Of a stretch of 64,000 bases of DNA, positions 1 through 10,082 are shown piece after piece; the stretch's first letter is position 1, and each line of letters starts with the position of its first letter. The stretch lies in IMG/VR virus record IMGVR_UViG_3300022818_000051, positions 8,322-72,321 of that record; one strand, 5' to 3'. Origin of the DNA: a virus. Under the pieces are notes generated by a model, which was given only the letters and a program-made list of their open reading frames with translations, ran no database searches and had not been told where the DNA came from. Position numbers and translations under genes: made by a program.

Positions 1-31
1 CTTTTTTCAGGTGGTAGTTTTAGTGATTTCA

Positions 32-319
32 TCATTCTGTTATTATTTCTTTATTAAACCATACCGCAACCTTATGTTCCCATCTGCACCCTTTACTACC
101 CCACCAGCCTGCACCGAAATATACCGTGCCGCATGTCAGCAGCAATATTGTATCCAAGACAATATGGCACAGGTACGGCGCACGTGTTGGCAGTCCGGAT
201 TCGTAGGGCAGAATGGGTTTATATCCAGCACCATATAATTCAAAAGCCAAGACTTTGCCACGATTTTTATAGTCGGTAGTACCTGAAATCGGTAGGGATA
301 CGTAGACTCGGTTATTCAT
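32..319 (-). CDS. DUF4406-like protein (nucleoside deoxyribosyltransferase-like fold)
   Basis: N-terminal RVYVSLPISG and C-terminal W..SKGCRWEHKVA pattern; TATCTTTG promoter box at 325-332. Confidence 0.7.
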   Translation of the reverse strand: MNNRVYVSLPISGTTDYKNRGKVLAFELYGAGYKPILPYESGLPTRAPYLCHIVLDTILLLTCGTVYFGAGWWGSKGCRWEHKVAVWFNKEIITE

Positions 320-336
320 ATATGCAAAGATAATAA

Positions 337-591
337 TTATTTTTGACTTTCTATGTTAATTATTGTTAATTCTTCCGCGTCTGTTATTTCATACCCTTTC
401 AGTCTTGCCATCACTACCTCATCCCTTGTCCGCCCCACCTGCTCGTTTACCTGCCTACAGTATTCCGCCGCATAACCAACACTTGCGAATACAGGTTGGG
501 CGTATGGCTGTCCGTGACCTATCGGCGTTTCACGGCACAGGCGGTAGAGATTGTCGGGGCAGCGGATAGGGGATAAGATGGTCGGTTTCAA
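337..591 (-). CDS. hypothetical phage protein
   Basis: 84-aa ORF in a tightly packed minus-strand operon. Confidence 0.5.
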   Translation of the reverse strand: MKPTILSPIRCPDNLYRLCRETPIGHGQPYAQPVFASVGYAAEYCRQVNEQVGRTRDEVVMARLKGYEITDAEELTIINIESQK

Positions 592-821
592 TTTGTTGTC
601 TTATTGTCGCATTTGGATAATAGTTTTTCAACCCTATCAAGGATGTTTCCCGCTAATGGCGCATTATACCGCAAATGATCGTGTAAATGACCACCCCGCA
701 AATCAAATAGCAAGTCTGCGCAGAACCTTTCGTAATCACATACTTCTCTTTGTAGTTCTAAAATAATCTGTAAATCCGATGGGGTGCAACCCATACACGG
801 TTCTAATTCTTCGTCTTTCAT
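588..821 (-). CDS. hypothetical phage protein
   Basis: 77-aa ORF, 4-bp overlap with the downstream gene. Confidence 0.5.
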   Translation of the reverse strand: MKDEELEPCMGCTPSDLQIILELQREVCDYERFCADLLFDLRGGHLHDHLRYNAPLAGNILDRVEKLLSKCDNKTTN

Positions 822-833
822 AGTTTTTAGTTA

Positions 834-1301
834 TTAAATAAATAAATCTTTATTCCAAATCAATGTTTTAAATTTTGTTTTCTTACAGTACTCCAGCACC
901 CGCACGGGGTCTATCCAGCAATCTTCACCCTGTATGATTCGCTGGAATTGCTCAAGATTGTCCACAAATCCACCGCAATCACCGACGTCAATTATAAATT
1001 CCGCCTGCTTTTTTATTCTCGCAACCTCATGTGTTTCGCCCGGGAACTTTAATTCCAAAGGTATAAGTCCTCGTCCGGGTTTTTCTTTATATATTAAATC
1101 CGAAGCACCGGGCATCAACCCCATAGAATCCTTCGTATTAACATCCTGACCCTCATTAAAAGTAGCCCAAAGCCTGCGGAAGTCTTTATACCAAATATTG
1201 CGATACCATAGAACGCACTCTACTTGCAACTTAGCCTCATATCTATGTGATGGCGGTCTCGGTCTTTTGCCCCATTTATCAGGTTCTGGCTGTGTCCCCA
1301 T
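834..1301 (-). CDS. VRR-NUC (PD-(D/E)xK) nuclease / resolvase
   Basis: EAKLQ..C..W, MGLMPGASDL and LELK motifs. Confidence 0.75.
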   Translation of the reverse strand: MGTQPEPDKWGKRPRPPSHRYEAKLQVECVLWYRNIWYKDFRRLWATFNEGQDVNTKDSMGLMPGASDLIYKEKPGRGLIPLELKFPGETHEVARIKKQAEFIIDVGDCGGFVDNLEQFQRIIQGEDCWIDPVRVLEYCKKTKFKTLIWNKDLFI

Positions 1302-1983
1302 ATTCTATTTCCATCAGCAACTCAATAAAATGTATCGCCTTTTTTAAATCTTCCGCACCATTCTTGCTCTTATAGCGGCAGATATATTTTATTATAGACC
1401 CCTGCGCATACGACAAGCCGTTTTTCTGTATAAACTCTATCGGCTGTATCGGCATATCTTTGTAGTGAGTGCCTGCGATTTGGGAGTGGAGCGGGGATAA
1501 AACACCACCTGCCTGTGCGAAGATTCTATCCGCCTCTTTCTTGTCGCTACCGTTTGTTCCCGTCACGTTCATATTGCTTTGGTCGATGGCGTATTGCAGG
1601 AGGTCGGATTCCTTAGATGTGAAATGTTTGCCAATCTCGATTTTTGCTTCGCACAGGGTATTAACCTTTTTAGATAAATCTTCAAGTATTTCATTAGCCT
1701 TGCTTGTAAAACAGGTTTCCAAAACGCTCTCGATTATTTGCTCCATCAGCACAGGATATTCCATTTCTGGGTTCGCATCTTTTTCTTTCGGCGGATTATA
1801 CACCCGCCAAGTATTACTGTTCGTTGCGGAAATCCAGCACCCGTGGATGTCGCCTATTTCATTATATTCGCACTTATTAGGATTTTTTATTATAGTGCCA
1901 GTATTCTCATCTGTAAATTCCACAACCAGCCCATTTTGTTTGCTCTCCATTTGTATCGGATATTTAATTTTTTCTTTTTTCAT
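1279..1983 (-). CDS. DUF3310-domain phage protein
   Basis: C-terminal GTHYK..IQPIEFI...G.IIKYICRY..KNG.EDLKKA. Confidence 0.8.
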   Translation of the reverse strand: MKKEKIKYPIQMESKQNGLVVEFTDENTGTIIKNPNKCEYNEIGDIHGCWISATNSNTWRVYNPPKEKDANPEMEYPVLMEQIIESVLETCFTSKANEILEDLSKKVNTLCEAKIEIGKHFTSKESDLLQYAIDQSNMNVTGTNGSDKKEADRIFAQAGGVLSPLHSQIAGTHYKDMPIQPIEFIQKNGLSYAQGSIIKYICRYKSKNGAEDLKKAIHFIELLMEIEYGDTART

Positions 1984-2004
1984 AATTTTTTCTATTACAG
2001 GTTA

Positions 2005-3042
2005 TTATTTTTCTTCATTTGTCAAATTTTTTCCACCATCAGCCCTTTTTTGGATAATATATTCTATCATGTCAGCTATGTCGTGCTTGGCTCCCGGGAT
2101 GTAGCCTTCAGTAGTCTCCCACCAGCGAGGCACGGAGCATTCGGTAAATTTTTTCGACCATAGCGGCCATGCGTCGAAATCGGCGATCAGGACTTCGCCA
2201 CCTCTTAAATCTTCATGCCGCAAATTTGTCATACCGCCGCACGCCAGCCATATACCCCGACCTGCACCGTAGTATGCTCTTGCTAAAACAGCACTTTTTT
2301 CTGCCTCGACGATAAAAATCCGCTCCTCGTATTCCCTATGCTCTAATGTATTGCAGCCGTACAATGTCCGGGAGTTAAAACCATCGTCTATTTTATAATG
2401 TCTGCGCCCCGTGTAGTCATGGTTTCGATGTCCGTCAGGATTATATAAAACCCTTTTGTCATACGCCACCAATCCCTCGGCATTTATATACCAAAAAATC
2501 GTAACTTCAGTATCCAAAAATCCTACAACTCCATCCGTCATTTTGGGGACTCTTGTTTTTACGCTGCCGACCCTATACATATCCAATGTTGCCGCAGCAC
2601 GCTCAGTACCTACCAACCCCGAAAGCCAGCGAGAAAAATTATCGCCATGTTGTTTTCTATACATTTCAGTATCTCTAACTACGCTTTGGTAAACGTATTT
2701 TGTCGGTATTTCGGGGCGAAAGCGCTCTTCGGGAATAATAATATTTGATCTATCGAGATTCAATAGTTTTCGGTGAGCTTCGGCGTAATCTGCGCAGCCG
2801 CCATATTTTATCATCCACTGGTATAGTGGGATGCAATCTCCTCCGCATTCAACAATCATTATAACCGGTTGGATATCACGGGTTAGAAATGCTGCCATTT
2901 TATCGCGTCTGGGACTAATCTCACCAGAGAGATACCGTGGTGCAAAATAGCGTGAACCTTTACGTGTTAAAGGGAAGCCCATGATTGTTTCAAGGGACTC
3001 GAAAACCCGGCGATAAGAAATTTCTGGATATGGTTGTTTCAT
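2005..3042 (-). CDS. Bacteroidota-type primase-like protein with toprim domain (DUF6371-like)
   Basis: IFWYIN..G, IFIVEAEKSA, WLACGG and ADFD toprim motifs. Confidence 0.7.
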   Translation of the reverse strand: MKQPYPEISYRRVFESLETIMGFPLTRKGSRYFAPRYLSGEISPRRDKMAAFLTRDIQPVIMIVECGGDCIPLYQWMIKYGGCADYAEAHRKLLNLDRSNIIIPEERFRPEIPTKYVYQSVVRDTEMYRKQHGDNFSRWLSGLVGTERAAATLDMYRVGSVKTRVPKMTDGVVGFLDTEVTIFWYINAEGLVAYDKRVLYNPDGHRNHDYTGRRHYKIDDGFNSRTLYGCNTLEHREYEERIFIVEAEKSAVLARAYYGAGRGIWLACGGMTNLRHEDLRGGEVLIADFDAWPLWSKKFTECSVPRWWETTEGYIPGAKHDIADMIEYIIQKRADGGKNLTNEEK

Positions 3043-3043
3043 T

Positions 3044-3829
3044 TTATTGAGCCTTTTTAAGCGGCGTGAATAACGCTTTATTGTAATCCCATTTACGCTG
3101 ATTAACTCTCGACATTACCAATCCATAGGAATTTCCAGTAATGATAGCCCACTGTTTAATTGTCTTATACTCCCCATTATGTTCGTATAATATATTTCTG
3201 CCATATCCAATAGGCTCTGTAAGTGCCCTATTTATAGGCCACCCGCTCACTTGAATTCGCATATGAAGGGTTTTGTATGGTATATTTAATTTCTCAGACC
3301 ATTGGGCAATAGTTAATGTTTCTCCGTTAAATGTTATCATTACATTAGAGTCTTGATTATTACTCTGCTCTTTTTGTGTAGACCATTTACAATTTTCTTT
3401 AAAATAACCATTTGAGTTGTCTATCCTATCAATAGAATATTCCTTGGATGGTCTTTTGCCCATATCTTCATAAAAATTTTCAAAAGAATGAAGCCATCTA
3501 TCACAAACCGTTATGCCTTTATTGAGATAAGAGTTAACCCGATTACTATTTGGGTTGGAGCATCTATTTTTCATCATTGACCATGTTTTGTATTCCAATG
3601 AATCCTTCATATTATGAGTCCTATTCCATGCGGCTCCTCGCTTTTGCTTATAGGTATGAATGCACCCTCTTGGCTCAATTTGTATCTTGTTTAGAATAAA
3701 TTCGCTTAATATTACCCCTAATCCACAAGTGCAGATACAGTTATAAGAGATGCGTCTTGGTGTGATTATCGCTTTTGATGAAACATAAATTCCACCAATA
3801 GTTACACCTGTTAAATTTATTTTTTCCAT
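3044..3829 (-). CDS. HNH homing endonuclease (likely start MEKINL)
   Basis: Y..W..MK.RC, GITVCDRW..FENFYEDMG, SIDRIDNS.GY...NC.W; low GC; has its own structured leader. Confidence 0.85.
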   Translation of the reverse strand: MEKINLTGVTIGGIYVSSKAIITPRRISYNCICTCGLGVILSEFILNKIQIEPRGCIHTYKQKRGAAWNRTHNMKDSLEYKTWSMMKNRCSNPNSNRVNSYLNKGITVCDRWLHSFENFYEDMGKRPSKEYSIDRIDNSNGYFKENCKWSTQKEQSNNQDSNVMITFNGETLTIAQWSEKLNIPYKTLHMRIQVSGWPINRALTEPIGYGRNILYEHNGEYKTIKQWAIITGNSYGLVMSRVNQRKWDYNKALFTPLKKAQ

Positions 3830-3974
3830 ATCAATAAAAATAGCCCAAATCAGAATCAATAGGGGTCGAAGTCTATGTCATCCGAAAAGGGCTTTAAGAA
3901 GTTAATCGCATTATTTCGACCCGCAATTATTTGATAAAGGTACAAAATCATTTTGACATACGCAATAGGTGTTG

Positions 3975-4304
3975 TCATTTCTTTTCTGTTTCCGCAAGTC
4001 GGTCATATTCAGCGATTAACAATGCCCCTGCGATCACTATTTCCCGTTTTCTGTCATCCATGCGAGGTTTCCACCACTTCATTTTCCAAGGCCAAAGTTT
4101 TGCGAATACATCTTCGTTATGCGAGAACATATCTTTTGGTAACGCATAACATGCCGCTGCAAGTGCCAGTTCCCCATTTGCATTCACGGTTAGGTCACTT
4201 GCTGTTGAGAATCCTTCCTCGACCACCTGCCTTTTACGCTCTGCCGCAAACAGTTCCACTGCTGGGCTAATTGCGGTTGATGCAGTTATTTTTAGTTTAG
4301 TCAC
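3975..4304 (-). CDS. conserved phage protein
   Basis: AAER.RQ...EG...GELA.AAACYA...WPW...WWKP...AGALLIAE.DRL pattern. Confidence 0.7.
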   Translation of the reverse strand: MTKLKITASTAISPAVELFAAERKRQVVEEGFSTASDLTVNANGELALAAACYALPKDMFSHNEDVFAKLWPWKMKWWKPRMDDRKREIVIAGALLIAEYDRLAETEKK

Positions 4305-4471
4305 TTCTTTGGTTTTTTAGCGATAACAGTTAAATGGATTCTTTCTGGAAATTGCGTTGTATCAACATTCACAATAGGGTTGATTACAATAAGGGTAGCT
4401 ACATGCTCATTCTCATCATCGAAGGAGTCGAGAACCATGTCATCATTCTGCCAGCTTAGGATTGTTTTCAT
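4301..4471 (-). CDS. small hypothetical protein, 56 aa (MKTILSWQ...), not in the ORF track
   Basis: Hand translation; fills the gap with 4-bp overlaps on both sides. Confidence 0.55.
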   Translation of the reverse strand: MKTILSWQNDDMVLDSFDDENEHVATLIVINPIVNVDTTQFPERIHLTVIAKKPKK

Positions 4472-5580
4472 TTGCGTTTTTTATAAACAGGTTTAATCTC
4501 CTTCTCGAAGAACTCTTCGGCTTCGGTGCGGGTATGGAAATAATTACCAAATTCAAACCTACGGTTATCATATTCGTCTAAACACTCACAAATACGAATT
4601 GGAATTCCTTGTGCATCCAATACATAATAGTGTTCGTTTCTGTCCACCCTGTTCAGCCCTATATTCTCCACACACTTCTTTTCGGCGTTCCATCGTTTGC
4701 CTTCTTTCTTTAGTACGGTGAGAAGAACCTGTTTTTCGGAATCATGCATGGGTCTAAAGGTATCCACAACACCACAGCAACAGCCGACAGAAATGTTTTT
4801 ACCAGATGGGGAATAACCAAATTTTTCGTGAATATAATCTGTATCAGTCTTTCCTCCCCAAATTATAAACCACATATTCCCTTGCGTATTTTTTTCACAT
4901 GTGACGAAATCTCCCTCTTTCGGTTCCCATTTCTTTTCCTCTTTCTTTGTCAGCAGCAGCTTTTTTGCATTCCATTTGTAGCCAGCCGCGTTAAGTGATT
5001 CAAAGAATTCGCAGCGGTCAGCGTGGGTGGTGGGGTCAATATCCGAACACATACGTTTGCCCCCAATTACTATGCTATCTTTCCCATCCATATACAGGTT
5101 TCCAAACCCTGTTTTGAATGCGCCGTCAATGCCAGAATAAAGGAACGTAACTCTTCCATCAGGCTTGCTTTTCACCACTTCGCCGATTTTTGGTATATAG
5201 GGTATCTTTTCCATACGCCCATTATTTTCACTCCATTGCAGACCCGCCTTGTACATGGCGTCTGATAGTTGCAGTCGTTGGGTATCAGTAGCAGGTTGGT
5301 CTGTGCGCGGGAAGGATGTCCCTATATTGTTACTTTCCTTAATTCCTACTTCATTACCCAAGGACACGTGGTAGCATAGGCTCTCTTTCTCGCCCATATA
5401 TTCACCTTCCAGAATAGATATAGCCCAGTCAGGCTTATCCCTAAATGGTACTTTCCATTCACTATACATTACATCTCCCGCCTTTGGCTCCCTATAGCTT
5501 ATCACCACGTTCCCATTCTCTATGGTGGTTTTTGTCACCGCCCACCCCTTGTCGGGGGTTATTGTCATTTGTTTTTCCAT
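4468..5580 (-). CDS. hypothetical protein with three repeated modules
   Basis: PKAGDV / PKIGEV / PKEGDF modules, each ending in L...G..W. Confidence 0.65.
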   Translation of the reverse strand: MEKQMTITPDKGWAVTKTTIENGNVVISYREPKAGDVMYSEWKVPFRDKPDWAISILEGEYMGEKESLCYHVSLGNEVGIKESNNIGTSFPRTDQPATDTQRLQLSDAMYKAGLQWSENNGRMEKIPYIPKIGEVVKSKPDGRVTFLYSGIDGAFKTGFGNLYMDGKDSIVIGGKRMCSDIDPTTHADRCEFFESLNAAGYKWNAKKLLLTKKEEKKWEPKEGDFVTCEKNTQGNMWFIIWGGKTDTDYIHEKFGYSPSGKNISVGCCCGVVDTFRPMHDSEKQVLLTVLKKEGKRWNAEKKCVENIGLNRVDRNEHYYVLDAQGIPIRICECLDEYDNRRFEFGNYFHTRTEAEEFFEKEIKPVYKKRK

Positions 5581-5837
5581 TCTTGTTGTTGTTTTTTTAT
5601 TTCGTTAATAAATCTTTCCACATCCACCCCGCAGTCCACGCCGCAGTCCGCAGTGAATTCGGCGAGGAACAGTTCACGGGGTATTTCATCGTCGTCGCCC
5701 ACGCCATGTACGCCGTAGTCGCCGTATGTCAGCCAGTCCCAACCCGTGAATTCCGTGCAGCAGCAGACATGTACACCCGTCGCCCGCAGCCTCTCCCTTA
5801 CCTCAGGGGTGTTTTTTCTTAGCAGCAGTTCTTTCAT
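5565..5837 (-). CDS. hypothetical phage protein
   Basis: ORF overlapping both neighbours in the operon. Confidence 0.55.
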   Translation of the reverse strand: MKELLLRKNTPEVRERLRATGVHVCCCTEFTGWDWLTYGDYGVHGVGDDDEIPRELFLAEFTADCGVDCGVDVERFINEIKKQQQEWKNK

Positions 5838-6334
5838 TTGTCCTTTATTCTTAGCGTTTTCACATCTATGCCCAGTCCTCTGGCAACCTCCTCCAGTGTT
5901 ACTTCTACCATTTCGGGTTCGGCGGGGTCGGCAATTAGTCGCCAGCCTTTACTGAACATTTCATCGCAGGTATAGTTATTTGTTGCTACGCCGTCACGCT
6001 CCCTGCACACCACGAGTTCCCCAGAGCGAAAGATTACCTCCCTTTCCAGCCCACGTTCCCTTATCTTATCCCCCACCTGCCAGTCCTTGTAGGTTTCGGG
6101 ATTGGCTGACAGCAGGATGAAGTCGGTGACATCGTTTGCATTCATCTGCACCTCGCTTCCGTCGTCCACCAGCCATGAGTATTTATACCCCCTTCTGTCC
6201 GCACATCCATTCCCCTCTTTCCCGTTTTGGCACAGATAGACCCGTTCTTTCTCCACGGTTATTTTCCCCTCGCAGTATTTGCTCATAATTTTTGCGGTGT
6301 ACTTCATTCCGTCACATTCAGTTAGTTTTTTCAT
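5834..6334 (-). CDS. hypothetical phage protein
   Basis: C-terminal VEVTLEEVA..LGIDV..LRIK motif common in phage proteins. Confidence 0.65.
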   Translation of the reverse strand: MKKLTECDGMKYTAKIMSKYCEGKITVEKERVYLCQNGKEGNGCADRRGYKYSWLVDDGSEVQMNANDVTDFILLSANPETYKDWQVGDKIRERGLEREVIFRSGELVVCRERDGVATNNYTCDEMFSKGWRLIADPAEPEMVEVTLEEVARGLGIDVKTLRIKDK

Positions 6335-6346
6335 TTCGTTTAGTTT

Positions 6347-6691
6347 TTAGTAGTTAATCATAAATCTTATCAGTGTCAGTTGCCGTTTCATGTCGGCATA
6401 TCCGTTTTCCTTCTCGTATGACTTTCGCAGCAGTATCACAGCACCTTCTGCCGTATCCCGTGGCGGGGAAAATCTGTTGTCGAGAATTTGTATCTTCTTC
6501 TTTATTCCAGTGCGCTCGTTTTTCAGCGTGTCTTCCGTGATGCCTTGCTCCATTAGGCGGATTGCGAGGGATAGTTGTTTGGCCTGCTTACGGGCGGTGC
6601 GGATTTCTTTTGCGGTGTGCTTCTGCTCTTTGTCCATGTGGGAGGTTAGCAGTCGGGTGTACTCGGACTTGAATTCGGTGAGTGGTTTCAT
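6347..6691 (-). CDS. hypothetical phage protein
   Basis: 114-aa ORF with A-rich leader. Confidence 0.55.
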   Translation of the reverse strand: MKPLTEFKSEYTRLLTSHMDKEQKHTAKEIRTARKQAKQLSLAIRLMEQGITEDTLKNERTGIKKKIQILDNRFSPPRDTAEGAVILLRKSYEKENGYADMKRQLTLIRFMINY

Positions 6692-6761
6692 TTTGTTGTT
6701 TAGTTAATTGTTTTGTAAAGTTAGATGCTATTTACTTAATTGACAAATATTTTTGTATGTT

Positions 6762-7478
6762 TTATAACATAAAGAGTTTTTCAGTTGCCTTTTTGCTATC
6801 ACCTCTTGAAACAGTTGTTGTCTGTTTTCCTTCCCATACACAAGTAAAGTCGGCTGGCGCAGAATACTCGCTTATAAATACCGTATGCCCCTCCTTGGCC
6901 TTAGCCCTGCACCATTCCCAAAATTTGGCATGGTCAAACCTATCCTTGTAGCCTGTTGTCCCAGAATACGGCGGGTCACAATAAATAATGCAGGGTTTGG
7001 TAAAATGAAATTCGTTGTATGATTTATGGAAGAAATAAACTCCCTGCAATTTTTTAGCCTGATTAGAAATATCGGTAAAACTGCGCCTGCTTTGTGTTTG
7101 TTCATTTAGGAGTTTCAATTCTTCATTGTCGGAAGTTCCCGCAACATCCCGCCTATATCCACCAAACCATTTGCCACCAAAACTCATTGCAAATCCAACG
7201 TATCCAGATAACGCCTTATCGCTGTCCTTGTTGAGTTTTATATAGTTATAATCCTCTTCTGTTATCATTTCCTTGGGCAGCCACCCCCTACTTAATTTAT
7301 CGAACATGGCTATTAGGTATTCATTACTATCCGCCCCGATTCTATTTCCTGTGACCTTATCCAGCGAATTGCACCCGCCACAAAAAGGCTCTACATACCA
7401 CTGACCTTCCTTGCGGTCTTTTAGAATGATTGGCAGGATATACTTTGCGATACGGGTCTTTGAGCCGAGATATTTCAT
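6762..7478 (-). CDS. DNA adenine methyltransferase (Dam/D12 family; true start MKYLGSK)
   Basis: KYLGSK, YVEPFCGG (SAM binding), IYCDPPY (catalytic). Confidence 0.9.
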   Translation of the reverse strand: MKYLGSKTRIAKYILPIILKDRKEGQWYVEPFCGGCNSLDKVTGNRIGADSNEYLIAMFDKLSRGWLPKEMITEEDYNYIKLNKDSDKALSGYVGFAMSFGGKWFGGYRRDVAGTSDNEELKLLNEQTQSRRSFTDISNQAKKLQGVYFFHKSYNEFHFTKPCIIYCDPPYSGTTGYKDRFDHAKFWEWCRAKAKEGHTVFISEYSAPADFTCVWEGKQTTTVSRGDSKKATEKLFML

Positions 7479-7497
7479 TTTTGGTGGGGTTGTTAAT

Positions 7498-7887
7498 TTA
7501 GTTATTATCTTCCGTGAGTTTATTATAGTCCACCACCAGCCTGTCCAGTTTGTCATCCGCCGTTGCGGTATATTCGTTCCAGTCCTCACCATTCATTATG
7601 CTCATCTTGTTATGTACGTCATACAATCTTTCGTCGCGGCATATATTTATTATCGCATTCAGCACCTCGCTCCTGACCTGATATTTGTTGTAGTTCCAAA
7701 ACTTCGCTTCCGTAGCCATTATTAAGTATGATACATCAGACACCCATCCGTAGGCCTTGTCTTTTGCGATAAGCTTTTCCGCGTAACGCCGAATTCTTGC
7801 ACTTATCACCCAATCCGTCAGTTCGCCTTCAATCATTTCCCGACCTATACATTTCTCGTAGGCCAGCATTTCTTTTGTCTTTTTCAT
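7498..7887 (-). CDS. hypothetical phage protein
   Basis: 129-aa ORF in operon. Confidence 0.55.
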   Translation of the reverse strand: MKKTKEMLAYEKCIGREMIEGELTDWVISARIRRYAEKLIAKDKAYGWVSDVSYLIMATEAKFWNYNKYQVRSEVLNAIINICRDERLYDVHNKMSIMNGEDWNEYTATADDKLDRLVVDYNKLTEDNN

Positions 7888-7929
7888 AATTATATTGTTT
7901 ATTTGGTTTATTGGTTAATCATCTCATTA

Positions 7930-9393
7930 TCAGAACGGCAGCGGCAGAGTTCCTGACACCACCCCTATCTTCACTTCTTCCGCGGGGTTGTCCTTATCAT
8001 CCATTATATAGTACATATACCCACTGCTCGTCAGCTTATCTATACGCATCACTCGCTGGTATTCCATTCCTGCTTGACAGAGGTCTTCCTTGAGATTGTG
8101 GGCATTTTTGGCCTTCATGCCATTTTCCAGACAATAAGCCTGATATTCCGCTATTATTTCCTTTGCAAACTTTCTATAGGAATGTGTATTCACGGGACGT
8201 TTTTTATACCCATAATATCTTCTATCCTCCATGAATCCGAGCACACTGCTTCCTCCGACACGAGCCTCAGACTTCACCTGCTCCATCTTCGCCGAATAGG
8301 TGAATTTGCCTTCCCGTGCAAGAACCCTCTCACGCCCCTCCATTATCCAGTTTAGTATGCCCGAAGCCTCCGCCCGCAGTTTCATGCCAAGTGTCTGATC
8401 TTGCTCCGCTTCCGAGAATTGTCGGTCAAGGGATATTATCAGCAGCCGCCGCCAGTACCCATCCGATGAGTCCGTGGTTACAGGTATCTTGTTTACGCAC
8501 GCTGCGAATAGTGGCATATTCCTCGCCTCATATGGCTTGCCATATATTTGGCGCACCTTTATTGGTTGATGTGATACTATCGGCTTGAATTTATCCCCCG
8601 CCAAGTCTGCATCGCCCATGTCTTCGGCGAAGTTCAGCAGCTTACCGTCTATTTCTGCGGCATAGTATTCAGCCCTTGGGTGTGTACATATCAGGGATAG
8701 GTCGCTTGAGCTACAGTTGTTTTGTCCGAGAACATATTTTAGTGTCCTCTCTATCACACTCTTTCCGTTACCCCCCTTGCCATACAGCATCAGGAACGCC
8801 TCTATGGATATGTTGTCCCTGTCTATGAACACACATCCCATGAATTCCTGTAGCACACGTATGCTGTCACCGTCATCTATCACCTCGGTCAGGAATTTCC
8901 TCCACATTGGGCAGGTCGCAGCGGGGTCATACTCTGTGCGTATCGTTGTCATAGTCATCCATTCCTCACCTTTGTCGTGCATCTTCATATCATGGAGTGT
9001 CAGCACCCTGTTTTGGAAGTTGAGTATCTCCTTGCTTGGTGTGAATTTCTTTATACGGAAGCTCGCATTCAGCGCATCCAGTGTCTTTTGCGTAGAACCC
9101 ACCCAGTAAACCTGTGCAGCACCTATCCTTAACAGCACCTCGGATATTATGCGTTTCAAGTCCTCTTTTTCCAGCGGCTTATAAGACATCTTGTCATACA
9201 TATACATTATATTATAGTACATGCGGAATGTGCTTGCTGCAAACGCCTCCACAATACCGTATATCAGTGACGCCTCTACAGCCTTCACCACGGTCTTATC
9301 GCTAACACCTATCTTGTTAAGGTTATGCTTCTCCGTATCTTGCAGAATGCGCTCAATCCCGTAATCAAGGGCTACAACTTCTTCATCTATCAT
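7930..9393 (-). CDS. D5/P4-family SF3 helicase (D5_N plus helicase domain)
   Basis: YDPAATCP.W..FL, Walker A GKGGNGKS, DSSDGYWRRL. Confidence 0.9.
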   Translation of the reverse strand: MIDEEVVALDYGIERILQDTEKHNLNKIGVSDKTVVKAVEASLIYGIVEAFAASTFRMYYNIMYMYDKMSYKPLEKEDLKRIISEVLLRIGAAQVYWVGSTQKTLDALNASFRIKKFTPSKEILNFQNRVLTLHDMKMHDKGEEWMTMTTIRTEYDPAATCPMWRKFLTEVIDDGDSIRVLQEFMGCVFIDRDNISIEAFLMLYGKGGNGKSVIERTLKYVLGQNNCSSSDLSLICTHPRAEYYAAEIDGKLLNFAEDMGDADLAGDKFKPIVSHQPIKVRQIYGKPYEARNMPLFAACVNKIPVTTDSSDGYWRRLLIISLDRQFSEAEQDQTLGMKLRAEASGILNWIMEGRERVLAREGKFTYSAKMEQVKSEARVGGSSVLGFMEDRRYYGYKKRPVNTHSYRKFAKEIIAEYQAYCLENGMKAKNAHNLKEDLCQAGMEYQRVMRIDKLTSSGYMYYIMDDKDNPAEEVKIGVVSGTLPLPF

Positions 9394-9595
9394 CCCGTAT
9401 GATTATTATGCCCTTTGCAAGACGATACCACTTCTGTCCACCCTCTTTTATCCGCTCCACCTTGCCTTTGCGCCTCCAGATGCGTATGTTTGTCTCCGTG
9501 AACCCAGTCAGTTCAGCCATCTGTTGTATGGAATACCACGTGTTGCCGTCGGAAAGGACAAATCCCTTCGGTGGCTCATTTATTTCCTTCTTCAT
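9383..9595 (-). CDS. small HTH DNA-binding protein (excisionase/MerR-like)
   Basis: YSIQQMAELTGFTETNIRIWRRKG; first gene after the promoter at 9640. Confidence 0.65.
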   Translation of the reverse strand: MKKEINEPPKGFVLSDGNTWYSIQQMAELTGFTETNIRIWRRKGKVERIKEGGQKWYRLAKGIIIIRDDR

Positions 9596-9639
9596 CCATT
9601 ATTTTTAAATGTGAATAAACTATGCGTAAATTTGAACTA

Positions 9640-9647
9640 CAAAGATA
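9640..9647 (-). promoter_or_regulatory. Bacteroidota sigma70 -7 box (TATCTTTG) for the replication operon
   Basis: Matches TAnnTTTG, about 45 nt upstream of the HTH gene. Confidence 0.65.
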
Positions 9648-9802
9648 GTGATTGTTTTTCATAAAAAAAAACGTTTTATCAAGAAGTTTTCAATTCTGAT
9701 AAATTTGCCGCAGCGAAAACTATATTTATGGTCAGCACAGTTCAGCACAGTGTTGCCGTTATGTGTTATAAATCAGCACAATATACTTTTTGATAAAAAA
9801 AA

Positions 9803-10082
9803 GTGTGGTAGTCTGTGGTAGCGTGTGGTAGTTGTATTTGTTAATAAATTGTTAAATATTGTGCCAATAGGTATGCTGTGATGCGGAATTTTGAGAGTGT
9901 GGTAGATGTGGTAGAAATTTTCGCAAAACTTTCCATGTGTGTGTGTGCGTGCATATGCGTAAATATATGCTACCACATCTACCACATCTACCACAAATGT
10001 GTATAATGCGTTCATTATCATGCTATTATAATATGTATATATGTATATATATTTACCACACATTTACCACACTTACCACACT
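9803..10082. repeat. Inverted iteron arrays: 5 x TGTGGTAG followed by 6 x (C/T)TACCACA; putative replication origin
   Basis: Copies at about 9-12 bp spacing at 9804-9831, 9898-9915, 9970-9995 and 10053-10081; next to the D5 helicase operon. Confidence 0.7.

Noticed and set aside
9803-10082. CRISPR array
   Set aside because: Repeats are 8-9 bp with no unique spacers; no cas genes
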